Notes: a model not told the origin generated them from the sequence alone. DNA of 63,896 bases, filler included, from Bonamia ostreae (GCA_040357525.1; 55 parts of 55 records of this genome joined end to end with filler, not necessarily neighbours in it), one strand, 5' to 3'. Counted from the whole stretch's first letter, positions 38,605 to 53,279 are shown. Numbers and translations: made by a program.

Positions 38605-39249
38605 CTAACCACTATTCATACAATGACAAATAAAACATTTATCTTTCAGTTCTGAAACTTCATGGTTCTCATAATAGCATTCTGGAAAAATCTTTACTTC
38701 CTCATGATTTAACAGTGTCAATGATTGATCTACATAATATTTTAGAACGCTATTTTCAGTGATTTCCGGAAGTATAAATTCAGGTCTTTTCTCGATCGTT
38801 TCAATAAGTGGAATAAACATATCTATTAATCCGCAGGCATCCCCCAGAAAATTAGCTTTATCGGAAGATTCAATTGCGACACATTTGACTATATTCAAAT
38901 AATTAAAACATTTTTCGTAGAAATTAGCGTAAAACATTTCTGCAGTTTGTTTTTTAAGATTCGGATCACGTGTGGGATGGTTATAAAATTCACTTTTTAA
39001 AAGATGTGTGAGCTTTTCGAAATCTTTTTTAAATGTAATAATTTCAATATCTTCCAATCTTCCTCCAACAGCCAAGTAATTTTGTGTGAAACGCAATAAG
39101 TCACAGAAATTTCGAGTTTCTGATGCATGAATTATGCCTTTTACTAATTTTTCTATATAAAAAACATACTAATTCGCGCACTTATTTCGTAAATTAAAAT
39201 AACCTCGTATTTCATCTTTTTCAAATTTATCTTTTAGTGTTGTGTTCAT
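38605..39249 (-). CDS. Hypothetical protein (protist), probably complete
   Basis: ATG at 39249; introns 39181-39203 (23) and 39144-39165 (22) link into the 163-aa track ORF, which ends KCFICHCMNSG*. Confidence 0.55.
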
Positions 39250-39683
39250 TTCTATTTTTTGTTTTTTATTTAATGATTTTAAAACTTTTCTAAACCGGTT
39301 AAACTATATAGTTTTTATTTACGTGTTTAGTTTTTTTAACCAGGTTTGTTTGTTTTATAAGAAAAAGTACCTTGAAAGTGTAATTCTCTGTTGAATAATC
39401 AAAAAAGAAAGATTTGCATTAAAAAAATTGGTTATAAATACTATAAAATTGAAAAATCGAAATCATATTTAAAAATTCAATGTGGAAAGTGCTTTCGGTT
39501 GCATCATAAAATCTTGTTTGAAAGACTACGAGATATTTCCAAGATGTAGAAAAAAGATAGAAAATCATGTAAAAAACTTAAANNNNNNNNNNNNNNNNNN
39601 NNNNNNNNNNNNNNNNNNNNNNNNNNTTAATTAATTAANNNNNNNNNNNNNNNNNNNNNNNNNNNNNNNNNNNNNNNNNNNNT

Positions 39684-40664
39684 AAGGAATATTTTACGAA
39701 ACGACTAGACAGATATTTCTTAATAAGATCCGTTTCGCTTTCCAACTACTGCCACCAATTCGTAAAGGCTCTCCAAACACTTTCCTTTAAGATAGATCCT
39801 TCATTCTTTGACCACAAAGCACTCAAATATTCTAAACTTTGTCTAAAACTTTCTTCCAAATCGCGTAGAATAGAATTTTGTAAAAAAATTGCCGATTTGA
39901 ACAAAGCCAAATTTAACAAAGCGATGTGTGATAAAGACAGTCTTGGCTCTGTTAAAATATCACCATTGATACAGTTTGCTCCATGCGGAATCTTTGACGA
40001 ACAAAAATTTATCTTAAAATTACTCAATTTTGCGGCGACTAAACTGCCCGTTAAACTAAAATTGGTGATTTCGTCTGGCTACTTAAACCCCCCAAAAGAG
40101 TATATTAACAAATTGAGAAAAATTGAAGCTGACACTAAAATTATTTTTCCGTCCAGAAAAGTTTTATTTCCAACTTTAGACAAACGCTTTTTCTAAAGGC
40201 AAAGGGCTATCACTTTTCATTCCTTCAATTTACAACGCAATTTCAAATGATCTAAGGACTCAACTGGGAAACAAAGGTTATTTTAGTAATTAAATCTGTC
40301 GAAAAAATCGCATTAAAAATATCTTAAAACTACAGTCGAATTGCTTGAATACGAAAGAAATGACAAATCGTTTCATTCGAAAGGAATTTGGTTGTTTAGA
40401 CCTGAAACCGGTTGCGTTATGACTGTGTTGGGGAGTTCGAACTACAACAAAAGATCAGTTCAAAGAGACATGGAGTTATCATTTTTGTTGGATTTGTCTG
40501 AAAACAACAATGATAAGTTACAAACAGAAATAAAAAAAGTTTTTATTTGTCTGAAATTAAAGGAAATCGAACAAGTGAAATATTTTTGCTCAAAATTTCG
40601 CAGAACTAACGAAAAATCAAAAACGGCAGCGTTGATTTTGCAGATTTTTGGATCTTTTCTTTAA
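39684..40664 (+). CDS. PGS1: Phosphatidylglycerophosphate synthase (PLD superfamily, cardiolipin pathway), C-terminal part
   Basis: EYFTKRLDRYFL, ISSGYLN, PSRK|TNAFSKGKGLS..IPSIY, EYER..FHSKGIWL, VLGSSNYNKRS..RDME. Introns 40161-40179 (19), 40277-40335 (59), and probably 40539-40562 (24). Confidence 0.9.
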
Positions 40665-43600
40665 AAAAATGATTTGTAATTATTGTAAAATTGAAAAGTC
40701 TCATTAATTTAATATACTCACTGTAAATACAGCGATAAGAATGNNNNNNNNNNNNNNNNNNNNNNNNNNNNNNNNNNNNNNNNNNNNTTAATTAATTAAN
40801 NNNNNNNNNNNNNNNNNNNNNNNNNNNNNNNNNNNNNNNNNNNTGTGTGAATGATTTTTCAACTTTGATTATTGTAAGTTAACATCTTTCATTGATGTAT
40901 TTTACTGTAAATCATTTGAGATAAATGGTCAAATCGTTAAATTGTGTGATAAATTCTTGCTTGTCGTGGGTTTATTCTGACCCATTACAGTTTCATTACA
41001 TTTTAGGTGCAATCCATTTCAAAATACCAAAGGAAACAATTTGATAGAGCACGTAGGGTATCTTTACGTGTAGTGGATCGATATGACATTGGGCCGATGT
41101 TTTAAAATTTACACAAAGGGTTCATAATGCCTTCAGTTTACCGTGATGATTGACTAAAGATATTGAGTAATGTGATAACTGCGTTTATTCGTACAGTACG
41201 CATACCATTTTACGGGCTCGTCCGAGTAAAGTATGGCATGGTTTGGAAGTTTAATTATACAATACATAATTTAAAAACACAATAGTAATATTACATGCGT
41301 TTAATTCAATGTTTCAGACTTTTCAACTACATGTAGTGCTAGTATACTTAATTACTTAACGTTTAAGCATGTCGAACATTAGAGGTAAAATATTAAACTA
41401 AAAAAACTGAAAATGTACTTAGAATACGAAATTGTTACGTGATGTATATTATTCGATATATGTACATGGATGCATTTTAATGCTTTTGAAATTTTCGATA
41501 AAATTTGGAAAGTAAAAATACGATACACGTTTGAAAAGTTGATATTTTGAATTTCTTAATTCAAATATCAAAATATTCAACTTTGAAACAACTTCACAAT
41601 CGTCGGAATTTGAATATCTAATGTAACAATGAATTGTTACAAATAAATGTTACACGGACTAGTTACCAATAGGAAAATTTAGATGCCTATTGTTGATCGA
41701 TATGATAGGCTACAACAGTCATTGCATGAAAATCAACAACATGTACACTGAAAGCTAAACTAGCCGCGCAGATAAGAAAATACATGTATGATTGTCATTA
41801 CACAATACGCCCAATCATCATATCAAATGAATCGGATATCACATGTATACATCAAATTCAACGAGTCTCTGGAGGATAGAGATAAAATGAAAAGACATTC
41901 ATTGNNNNNNNNNNNNNNNNNNNNNNNNNNNNNNNNNNNNNNNNNNNNTTAATTAATTAANNNNNNNNNNNNNNNNNNNNNNNNNNNNNNNNNNNNNNNN
42001 NNNNATACAAAATAAATAATTCGGCAAATACGGACCCCTGGACCCAGTAAATCAATCATGTATGTTTAAAACCAATTCCCTGTGTATTACATTTCTTAGA
42101 ATAAAAACTAGATAGAGATTCGGTCATTTGATGAAAAGATTTACATTGGAATTAATAAAGGAAAACATTTGTGAAAACCTTCTACATAAGAAAAACATCC
42201 TTGGGAATCGTTAATTTTATTTCATTCATAGTATGGCTCATGTATTCTAGATGAATTATACAGGACATTTAGTATTCAGATTTACCTTTGTTCCAAGGTC
42301 AAGGCCAGAAGAAGATTCAAAGTTGTAAAAATGAAGACATTTATATTTCAAATGCTTCTGTCTTCAAATTGTAATGATAACCAGTTTCTCATGAACGCGC
42401 TGCTGTTGTAAACAAGGTATGCATGAATCTTGATGAACATACCGCGTCTCTGCTAAGGGCTTGTAATTCCGACAGAAACAAAAGTATAAAAATAAATATC
42501 AAATTTGGAAATGCAGTAACTAGACATGAATAAAAAAATTAAGACTAGAAAAAATACAATACTTTTCCTATCCTTAAGACATAAATTACATTTCTGAAAA
42601 TGTTTGAGAATATGAACTATAACGATTCACAAAGGATGTCGGCATGAAGTGTTGTAGTTCATAACATCACGCATTTTGAATTTAATGATTCATTTTCTTA
42701 AGTATAGGAAAAGGGGTTGTAATTTTTTCCTATCCTTGAAATGTGTAGATTCAAGTATATTCTGGATGAATGCCATCGCCAATATAGGGGGTTTAAAATA
42801 TTGCACAGGAACACATATTACCACTCTATGAAAATCTCACATATCGCAATGATAATTGTTTCCAGTTTCGTTTCATTTACAGGGATCTCCAAGAAGGACA
42901 TAATAGATTTCATTATCCTCTTACATTAATTGTAGGCTTCAACAAAGGATCATAAGAGGAGATATCAATAAAATCAATGTTTATATGAGGAAAAAACAGT
43001 AGTTGACATGAGCTACATGACCCATGTACCTCTTCATTGGGATATGAAATGTGAAGATAACGAANNNNNNNNNNNNNNNNNNNNNNNNNNNNNNNNNNNN
43101 NNNNNNNNTTAATTAATTAANNNNNNNNNNNNNNNNNNNNNNNNNNNNNNNNNNNNNNNNNNNNATATGGTCAAGGGTCAATCCCCTCTGGAATAGGAAT
43201 TCTTGATAATGTCTTGGATTGTTTGGCACTACTATCAAGTAAATGATATATGCGCATAATCCTCTTGAAATTTTCACCACGGGGGCATATATGTTTTTGA
43301 AGCATTTCGTGTTAATCCTTCCTTATCCACCCAAGAATTTGAATTCAGGGAAGGGGGACTAATCACCTAAATGATTCAATGAATTCATTACTCCATTTTT
43401 CAAAATTAAAGAATATCTAATATCTATTATTTAGTAAAACCATTAGCAGTGGAGAAAATCTCAAGGCAAGGGAAGAATACTGATCAAATGCTAGAGGATC
43501 CTAGAAAGGAAAACTATTTGAAATATTATTTAGGATAGTCCAACGATGTCTACAATTTCATGGTGAACTATTGCTGCTCCATGTCTTCTATTGGTATTAC

Positions 43601-45484
43601 AATATAATAGTGACTCCTTCTTTTGTTCTAATTTGTCTCTAGGTAATCTCAACGATACTAGTTACATGTAAACATAATACTTTATCAACAAAAAAATTAT
43701 ATGCGCATTTGAGGTTGGAAAGAGAGACCATGATTACATGCAGCTACCTTTTACATAGCATCTTGTTGACAGACAGTTGCCGTAAGTTGACCACACATTG
43801 TACTTTACTGTAATTGGCAATAACATTTATCAATATGATGAAAAATGTTTCGCAGAAACTGCCTTAACCATACATATCAAGACGCTAGTATCCATAATTG
43901 TATATATCAAATATTTCTGCCCAATGATTATATAAATGCTGGTATTATTTCATACTTATCTGATTATCCCTATTTACTATCTCTCAATTCATTTTATGGA
44001 TTTCACTGGAAAATGTAAAGGACATGAAAAGAATCAACAAGAAGGCAAGGAAAGAGTAAGACATGGTTCGATAAACGGAAATGGAGATTAACCGCTTCAC
44101 GTTTTGGTGACATATCAAAGAGACACCCAAAAACTTAATTCTATGATTTAGCAACGAAATACAATTGCAATGTTTCCTAGAATTCATGGTATGCAGTATG
44201 AAAACAAAACACATTCCGTATTTGNNNNNNNNNNNNNNNNNNNNNNNNNNNNNNNNNNNNNNNNNNNNTTAATTAATTAANNNNNNNNNNNNNNNNNNNN
44301 NNNNNNNNNNNNNNNNNNNNNNNNTTATGTCAAATTATGACGTCACAAGAACTGGGAATATTACAATTTACACTGAATTCATCTAGCGGTTTAGAAATGG
44401 CTTTGGACTTTTTCAGTGATTTTCTTTCAACATGGAATTAAACATCGATGTCACTGCCGGTCTAAGTCAGCCCAGTGTCCTGTTCGATCATTCTTTTCAG
44501 AACATGTTACTGGTCTGTGTACTTTTTCGATTATAACACTTGAATTATTTGAATGATTATGGATGTAATAAACTGATATCATTTGAACAGCGACAACGAT
44601 ATTGATATTGTGTAGAAAATTCCTCATGCTAGCATTGTCTCAATTATTCAGTATATTTCTACCGCTGAAGTCATTTTGTTTACACGGTTTGTTTTCCTCC
44701 ACAGAGCAATACACAACGTCATAACGTGACGTCATAGACAAACCTACGCTGTAGCCTTAAATCGCGTTCAACGATGGTCAGACAAACAGACCTGTGATAG
44801 TAAAGGTTCATGAATATAGCGTGTCCTATGGTAGTAAAGGCGAAAATAGCATGCCCTGGGATAGTGACGGTGAATAGAGTGTACCCTGAAATAGGACAGT
44901 GGATATAGCGTGCCCTGATGTAGTAAAGTGAAACAGTATATCCTGTGTTAGTAAAGCGACAGAATCGTGGCCTTTAAAGCGGAAGGTTGTGTCATATAAA
45001 CTTTAATCGTGAAGCAAGCTTGCAAGATGTATACTAGAATAGTGATATAGTCATGGACACAATACAAATGAACATCCGTACTCTAATGGCGGATGATGTT
45101 AGTTCGAGAAATATAAATTGTACATAAAACATCTACACAATTCTGGGTAATTGTAACTTTTGGACTCACATTTCCCGTTTTTTTACCTGGTAATTTTACA
45201 TTTAACTAAGTTGTATCAGTAAAATGCCTATGTTTTCTCAATGCCTTTTTATCTGGAACATTATGTCCAAATTTTCCTAATCAGACTATACGGCATTTGT
45301 TTTGTCCTAAAGAATATAAGTCACAGATCTGCGTGACGCACACACACATTTTCATTTTATATATACAGTATAATTTGTCCAAACNNNNNNNNNNNNNNNN
45401 NNNNNNNNNNNNNNNNNNNNNNNNNNNNTTAATTAATTAANNNNNNNNNNNNNNNNNNNNNNNNNNNNNNNNNNNNNNNNNNNN

Positions 45485-45868
45485 GTCCATCGCCTGCAGT
45501 ATTTACAGCTGCTATGGTGATATTGTGGAAAGTTCCTGAAATATAAAGATAACTTTTAAGCCACATGACATTTTATGATAACCATATCTCTTAACCATTA
45601 TGCTAAAATTAATCATCTTAAGGAACCTATTTGAATATTAATTAAGGAACCTATTTGAATATTAATTTCTTACCTTTTTGAAAAGTTTGAAACGATAGGG
45701 TATTTTGAAAGGCATTTACTAAATATGTCTGAACCGATCCTTGATCTTGTGAGATTGTTAATTTGTAATGGAGTATATCTCCATTAGTACACATCGGTTC
45801 CACCCATTTAACATCAATGCTAACTGTGGTAACTTCTGTGACTGCAAAAGATCTTACTTTCCCAGGCT
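45485..45868 (-). CDS. Two animal exons encoding a fibronectin type III domain (45674-45868, 45485-45535)
   Basis: PGKVRSFAVTEVTTVSIDVKWVEPMCTNGDILHYKLTI..|GTFHNITIAAVNTAGDG with canonical sites. Confidence 0.8.
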
Positions 45869-47461
45869 CTGTAATTTAAAAAAATCATCTTATATATAGC
45901 TTAGACATGCTCTAAGAACAAGATAAACTCAACTACAGCACATTTAGATAGGTTATATTTTTTCAACAACGAAATCCAATCACCATGACCATGGGGGGCC
46001 CCCCCCCCCCCACCAGACAACATTGTGGTGGGGTGGGGGTGTGGGATGGTGGGGGGGTTGTGAGACAGGGGTGAGGGGGGGGGTGGTTGTTTGTGNNNNN
46101 NNNNNATAATCACCACATAACCACCAACACCCCACAATTTTTTAGGTTAATTTTTTTCCAAACCCCCATCCACACCCAACGAACATTACCCCCCCCCCCC
46201 CCCCAAAACAATAAAAATATGGTCGCATGAAAATTAATGACTGCTGCGAACTTAAATCAAACAATGAGAAGTCGCCTTATCTATTTAGTTACAGAGTGGA
46301 AAAACAGCATCTATGTCACCACTCATCTTGAAGAGTAACGTAATGTTTGATATCAACATTAATAAGGACCATTGAAGGAAGACAATTATTGTGTTTACTG
46401 ACTGAATGGAGCATGTTTAATAAAATTCAAATGTAAAAGTGAAAGTAGCCGATTTGGAGGATAAAAAAGTAAGAAGACTACAACATATTCTGAATTTTAC
46501 AGTGGCTGGTATAGGACAGGTGGAAGAAAAAAAATTCAAAATTCNNNNNNNNNNNNNNNNNNNNNNNNNNNNNNNNNNNNNNNNNNNNTTAATTAATTAA
46601 NNNNNNNNNNNNNNNNNNNNNNNNNNNNNNNNNNNNNNNNNNNNTCACGGGCACCTTACTCATCTGGAACTCTAGCAACTGTAGGTAATGTGTCAACACC
46701 TGACTGATCCTGCAAGATGTACTGGTAATTAACACATAGGAATTCCCACTTTTGTGGATAAATAAGGAACATGCTTGGGGGATTGAGGTTGGTCATTAAT
46801 ACTATTCGTAGGGCTAATATAAGAAGTGTTTCCCCCAATTAAGGTACCACCCCATTACTGCTGAAGGCTCTAGGGTATGGTGCACTAACCATGCTGGGAT
46901 AACTAACCTGCTTGTCCAATATAACTGGCCGTGTTGGCGTAGGGCAACTTTCTACTTCACCTACAGGCAAGATATCGATCCCAGTCTGAATTTATGTATG
47001 AAACCCTCAAGTCACCATGAGTTACCTACATTCTCAGAACATCCCGCTACATGCAACTGCTTATAGCCATATTATCAGCTACTTACAACAGATAACCGGT
47101 CAGCTCGATCTAGTTGGGCCTCTAAAATTGAGAATCTCTCCTCCAGTGACAGTCTGCTTATCCCGGTACCCTGGAATACCATTGCTACCTGGGGACCCCA
47201 CATCCCCTACTTGGGTCCCCGCCAAGCTCCCCTGTCTGACTGCCTTACCCCCCACCCCCTGGATGCCCGTCACCTAACCATCTTTTTCGAGTAGAATACC
47301 ACAACATTGGAATTCCTGCCTGGCCACAAACAAGCGTAAACAAGACAGTGTATCAACAATTACATCTAATCAACTAATTAAACTAATAGAAATTCCTACA
47401 TTTCAAAATAGTGGCCATGCAGTCCCCTCCAGTCAATGATTCTCGGTGCAGGTGGGCAAAA

Positions 47462-47703
47462 GAATCCTACTGACAATGCCAATTTTCTATACACTACATG
47501 AACAATACCAGAAAAACACTTTATAACCACAATTAACAAATAAACCAGACAACTTACACAGACTATACGAATACTATATAACCACAGTGCTGTGCTCGCT
47601 TTGAGAGTTCATGGGTAAAGAGACTGAGCAACATAAGCAATCATCCCTAGGTAGTGCAGTTTGAAGTTTGTTCTAATCATGGCTACTGAGGGTAGGATGG
47701 GGC
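47462..47703 (-). mobile_element. Possible LTR end plus decayed tRNA-Ser primer-binding site of a Gypsy-type element
   Basis: Minus-strand TGGCATTGTCAGTAGGATTC versus TGGCGTAGTCGGCAGGATTC (complement of the tRNA-Ser 3' end): 16/20 identical. Confidence 0.4.
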
Positions 47704-48429
47704 NNNNNNNNNNNNNNNNNNNNNNNNNNNNNNNNNNNNNNNNNNNNTTAATTAATTAANNNNNNNNNNNNNNNNNNNNNNNNNNNNNNNNNNNNNNNNN
47801 NNNATGCCATATCAACAGTCTTGATTATATCTCCCACCTACTCACATGTGTTGATCGTCGTCACGCGAGTCGTGTGGTAGTAAGCGGTATTATTTCCATC
47901 GGGTTGTAGTTTGTCTTGAAATATCAATGTTAATATACGTTCATTGAAATTTCACTTTCTGTGTAATATGTTCAAAAACATGTATTGTACTTAAAGGGAC
48001 TGGGTCACATTTAGTAAGTCATCTAATGTTGAGAGTCAATCTCTCTGTTATTTAAAGACAGACTCGAAGCGGTTTATGTTTGCAAAGAAACCAATGGAAT
48101 GTTCATGTTTTGTAATCTAAAGTAATTTGATTTTGCACAGTCACACAATCAACTTTTACATCAGACATGTTTAATTAGGAATATTTGAATTGTTTTATAT
48201 ATAATAAACTTNNNNNNNNNNAACAATAACATGCAGGAATCTTTGTTTACAAAACGAATTATAGATACGCTAAAATGATCTTCTGTCATGAAATATAACC
48301 CTAATGTTTGTGAAGCCTTTTTTATCAACAAAAACAACAACAAAATCATATCTATAAATTTGCTCCTATTAAATGCAGTGGTTGTATGTAAAAGGGTGTC
48401 TCGGAATGCAAAATGAAAGACTAATGACG

Positions 48430-48720
48430 AATATGACGCAATGCCTCATGAGCTCAATCAGTCATTGCACTACAGCCTGTGGTCTTCTAGCAATACAGCT
48501 ACATATAGTAACTGTTCCGTCGTTTCCGGTGGAGTAGATCGTCTGCACAATCGACTGTCAAGCTCATCAATTGCGGATAAGTCTGGAGATAACGTCAATG
48601 TTATTCTGTTTAAGACAGTCTATACAAATGTGCGCCACATAACATAACATCGAGCGTTGTCCTGCTGAAAGTTAGGAAATGTTTGAACTGCGTGAAAGGT
48701 TGTTTCAATACTAAAATGAT
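48430..48720 (-). pseudogene. Decayed Tc1-family transposase (DDE C-terminal half)
   Basis: FQQDNAR..VAHICIDCLKQNNIDV..SPDLSAI..DELDSRL..PPETTEQL..PQAVVQ*LI across frameshifts. Confidence 0.75.
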
Positions 48721-49003
48721 TAAATTGATTGTAATGTTGAGCTTGCGTAAGATACTTGTGAATGTTATCGGCTGTTTCGGATTGCAATGCATGATAGAAA
48801 AACGGAAATGTTAATAGTTGAATTAGGTTAGTTAAGGAGGATTGATAGTGTATAAATAAATANNNNNNNNNNNNNNNNNNNNNNNNNNNNNNNNNNNNNN
48901 NNNNNNTTAATTAATTAANNNNNNNNNNNNNNNNNNNNNNNNNNNNNNNNNNNNNNNNNNNNCAAATTTTAAAAATATTTTATAAATTTTAAAGCTGTTA
49001 AAC

Positions 49004-49214
49004 TTGTGTAATTTGGAACATGGATATCTTTTACACAGATTTTGATAGAATCTTGACCGTTTTTGACCAAATCGTTTTTTGTGTTCGCATCTTTTAACAA
49101 GATTTGCGAACTTTTTGCTTTTGAAGATTTCATTTGCATTTTTTTCTGTTTCAACGCAGATTTAGACATCTTTTTCTTTCCGCGTCCTTTGTTTCCATTT
49201 TGCTTTTCAGGCAT
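49004..49214 (-). CDS. First exon of an ABC-F gene, very probably the one continued at 19901-20929
   Basis: Basic N-terminus ending KDIHVPNYT+A at a phase-1 donor (gtttaac); the phase matches the TG GCT AGA acceptor at 20929. Confidence 0.75.
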
Positions 49215-49361
49215 TTAACTAAAAACGGCAAAATTTTACAATACAGATTTTCAAGTTTTATATGCTATCTCTTAATCAAATCGCTGCACATTTGATCAAA
49301 TTGCTAATTTCTAACATATCTTTTAATAAAATCCGTTATAAAAAGCTTAAGCTCGCGAAGA

Positions 49362-49815
49362 ATGGAATTTGTTTATTTTCCTAAAAAGTAGAAATTGCTC
49401 GATCTAAAAAAACATTCGCGTCCAATAACTTGTATAAAATTCAACCGAGAAGGCGATCTCCTCTTCAGCGCTTCAATGGATTTATTAGAAAACAACATCC
49501 TTCTGTGGAACCCCAAAAATGGCGAATTGGTTGGTGAGTATAAAGGCCATTTAGGTGTTGTAAAGAGCATCGACGTGAATTATTATTCGACTCTTTTGAT
49601 TTCGTCGGGTTCCGACAAAACCGTCCGTTTTTGGAAAGTGGAGACCGGCGAAGAAATATTGAGTATGGCGCATCTATCGATGATGACATGTTGCCGTTGG
49701 TCTAACAGCGAAAAATATATCGCCTGTGTTCAAGAATCGCTTAGTGATATCAAATCTTGCATTTTTGTGTATCGAATTAGCGATGAATTGAGACTTGATA
49801 GAAATCCAAAAAATC
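49362..49815 (+). CDS. EIF3I: Translation initiation factor 3 subunit i (WD40), N-terminal fragment
   Basis: MEF|KLLDLKKHSRPITCIKFNREGDLLFSAS..NGELVGEYKGHLGVV..SSGSDKTVRFWKVETG; 21-nt intron at 49371-49391; next donor inferred at 49816. Confidence 0.88.
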
Positions 49816-49844
49816 GTATTTATAATATCAAAAATATGTATTTC

Positions 49845-49990
49845 AATAAAAATAAAAATCTTTTTAAAAACAAAAAATGAAAAAATAAAAATCTTTTTTT
49901 CAAGAAATAAAAAATGAAAAAATAAAAATCTTTTTTCAAGAAACAAAAAATGAAAAAATAAAAATCATTTTTTCAAGAAACAAAAAATTA
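49845..49990. repeat. ~36-bp intronic minisatellite x ~4
   Basis: aaaaataaaaatcttttttcaagaaacaaaaaatg variants. Confidence 0.85.
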
Positions 49991-52159
49991 TATGATATAT
50001 ACAATTAATTAAAATTATAANNNNNNNNNNNNNNNNNNNNNNNNNNNNNNNNNNNNNNNNNNNNTTAATTAATTAANNNNNNNNNNNNNNNNNNNNNNNN
50101 NNNNNNNNNNNNNNNNNNNNACGACCATAACATTTCGAAAATTGCGACTTTAAAAGGAGCTGTTGAGACCCATGTAACATAAATTTTGTCGTCAGTAGCT
50201 AAAATATACATAATGCCTTTGCATGTCAAATGATGTAATATTTTCAACATCAAGTACTCGTAATGTCTCAGTCATTTCATTTCTTTTCAAAAGAAGCAAA
50301 CACGAACAAATCAAATCACTACAAACAGGGAATTATCTATTCCATAATAATAATTTATCTCGAAAAACAATTAAAATTGTATTTCATTCTTAGTGACCGG
50401 GTAGTTAGTACTTAAGCCAACATATTATAAACATTGTGTGATACACTGAAGGTAGAACGTTTTTTGATTTGAACATAAAACTGTTAATGTATTTTCCATT
50501 AAATGAAGTATGTTTTCAATCTGGTAATTAAGTTTTTTGGTTCAACCATTGTTACCAAGTTGCATTGGATTGTTTGTGACCTTTAGAAAATTTAGTGTAT
50601 GTCAGGCGTAGTCTAACCCCCTCATACATGTACGAATACACGAGAATATCGCTTTGCTTATTTTATCGCGAATGAAACTGTAATTGTCAATTGTGGACGT
50701 AAAAATAATTATGTGTTTATATCATATGTCAGCACTGTTCAGAAGTATTCATATATCCAACGCCATAAAAGACACACCAGCGACTTTGTTTTCTTTCTCA
50801 AAAAATGTTATGGAACTTGTGTATAACAATGCCCCAGAAAACATCGTATACGTAATATATTCATTTCATTTCTTGAGCTAGTGGAATATACTACTTTAAA
50901 TATTAGAAGTTTAGATTTTAGTTAGTGGGATCTAGCATAATATTTTACTCTTAATTACTTCAAATATTTACACGATTCAATTATTGTGTTTGTAGGATAG
51001 TAATTCCCTCCTTTTAGTCCCGAAGTCCACATGCCCATGGTCGGAATATTTTCCATTTCTCGCCGTCATGACGTACATTTAGATTGATGATATTACAGAA
51101 TATAGCATAATGGTTTCAGTACACTAGAATGTAAAACATATCAAGCTCCAATATTCGATGTATTGGTGTGGAAGTGCANNNNNNNNNNNNNNNNNNNNNN
51201 NNNNNNNNNNNNNNNNNNNNNNTTAATTAATTAANNNNNNNNNNNNNNNNNNNNNNNNNNNNNNNNNNNNNNNNNNNNCACGCAGAATTTTACTCAATAC
51301 TTATGTTACCCGTTTCCTCTGCCGATGAATAATTTCTCATTTATAAAGAATCACTGGACAATATGATCCTTCTTATTAAAAAAAATGAAAGACTAGTCAA
51401 ATATTAATAACATTACAGATGAAACCATATCATGGGGCTGTATATTTTGCTAATTCTGAGAAAAGAATATCTCATTTGTAAACAATCCCAGTGCACTAGT
51501 GCATAATTTGTTCTTTTGCTGATTTATGCATGATCTTCATCAGTGCTCAATAAAAGTATTCTACAATAAAACACAACATCCCACAGTCATGCCATTTTAG
51601 TAAAATGTTCAACCTTTTCCAGTTGTGTTCGGTGTAATGAAATAATTCATGAAGAAAAAAAAGAGTTAAAAATTAGAGGCACTTCAACACGCTAATAAAA
51701 CTTAATAGCCGACAGGGACATTGTAAGAAATATTCAATATAAAGTTCTTCTTTGTGAAATCATAATCATGTAGGCCTAGCACTCTGCATAACAAAATATA
51801 GCGAATATATTTTTGTTACATAAATATAATATAAAGATATACACTCGGGAAATTAATGTGCTTGTACATTAAATGTATCATATATGACTATAAAATCCCC
51901 ATCGAAACTAAATTCACATGTACTTGTTGAATGATATACGTAAAATGAATAATATTAAGTAATAGTACGTATTTTAAAAACAGATATGTGATATATAATA
52001 TAATAAACATGTCATCAAATGTATCCCCTCGATGAAAACTGGGTGCATGGTTTTTTTAAATTACTGTGGGCAGGAAAATCAAAGCATTTTGTGATGCCAT
52101 ATACATTCGCTAAACAGTGCGTCATGGTTACAATCTTACAGTACTTGACTGAATGACAA

Positions 52160-52336
52160 CGTGAAGATAACGAACGGTGATAGCAATTTAATCAATCCTA
52201 TAAAACTACAATATTAAAAGACGGACAACGTTTAACGCGAACCCATGGACATACCACATGTGGGAAGAAATACATCAGAGGGGGTAAGAATGCCCCGTGG
52301 ACCGGTCGCACCCGCCGTGGATCCTATATCTGGATC
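52160..52336 (+). repeat. Copy of the same ~180-bp host interspersed repeat
   Basis: gtgaagataacgaacggtga..gaacccatggacatacca..gtggga..accggtcgcacccgccgtg..cctatatc. Confidence 0.8.
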
Positions 52337-53279
52337 NNNNNNNNNNNNNNNNNNNNNNNNNNNNNNNNNNNNNNNNNNNNTTAATTAATTAANNNNNNNN
52401 NNNNNNNNNNNNNNNNNNNNNNNNNNNNNNNNNNNNGTTGAGTTGTTAGTTTGCCGTTGATACCATATGATAATGTTTCACACTCACCTAAACAATCTAA
52501 GTGCCACTGCTTATTAAAATAGAAATTGGATTTTGCAATGATTATTTTTAGTTCTGATAACTGTGTTGCACTGCAGTGTAGATAATACTGCATTGATACT
52601 TACGATCGTGTCAATTAGTGATTGGGGAAATATGGGCTTAGATATTTCAGATTAATGTCAGGTACATTCTTATACAGCAATCAGTCACAACCAGCATTTC
52701 CAATTGAAAAGGATATGGTAGGGTGATCATTTATAACAGAAACAATAAAAACTACTGTTGGAGAGGTTGATGTTAGTTGTCAGTTACAAATAAAGAAACT
52801 TGCTGATTTCATAGGAGGCAAGCTTATTTTGATCACAGTCGTAGAATAGATATTCGTTGTCAAAGATTATATTTGTGTGTTTCTTCACGAAGTCTGGGCG
52901 GGCCTCTTCAAAAAGTATGTTTGATGGTTCTAGACAGTTTCTGTACATGCAGAAGGAAAGGACGACAAGCATCATCTTCACTTCGTCTGTAAAAAAAAAA
53001 CCACTTCCTTAAATTAGTTACCACATCAATTATCCCAACTCAACACAACTATTGAATATTCTGGGAAAGTAAGGAATTTATAGCATTTTTTGGGATAAAC
53101 AATACTAGTTTATTTAAAGTATTTATCAGTAACAGCTACGCTTTGAAATCTATGATGATGTTCCTCTTCTGCATATCCTAGTTAAATTATGATGTTCAAC
53201 AGCAGTATCAATCGAGATGCTTTCCTAAAACACGAATGTCTCTAAAATTCCTGCATTGGGGAAACCTTTGCATAACATA

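Noticed and set aside
45990-46205. G/C homopolymer tracts as a G-quadruplex or regulatory element
   Set aside because: Low-complexity sequence flanking a 10-N gap, common in bivalve DNA and of doubtful quality.
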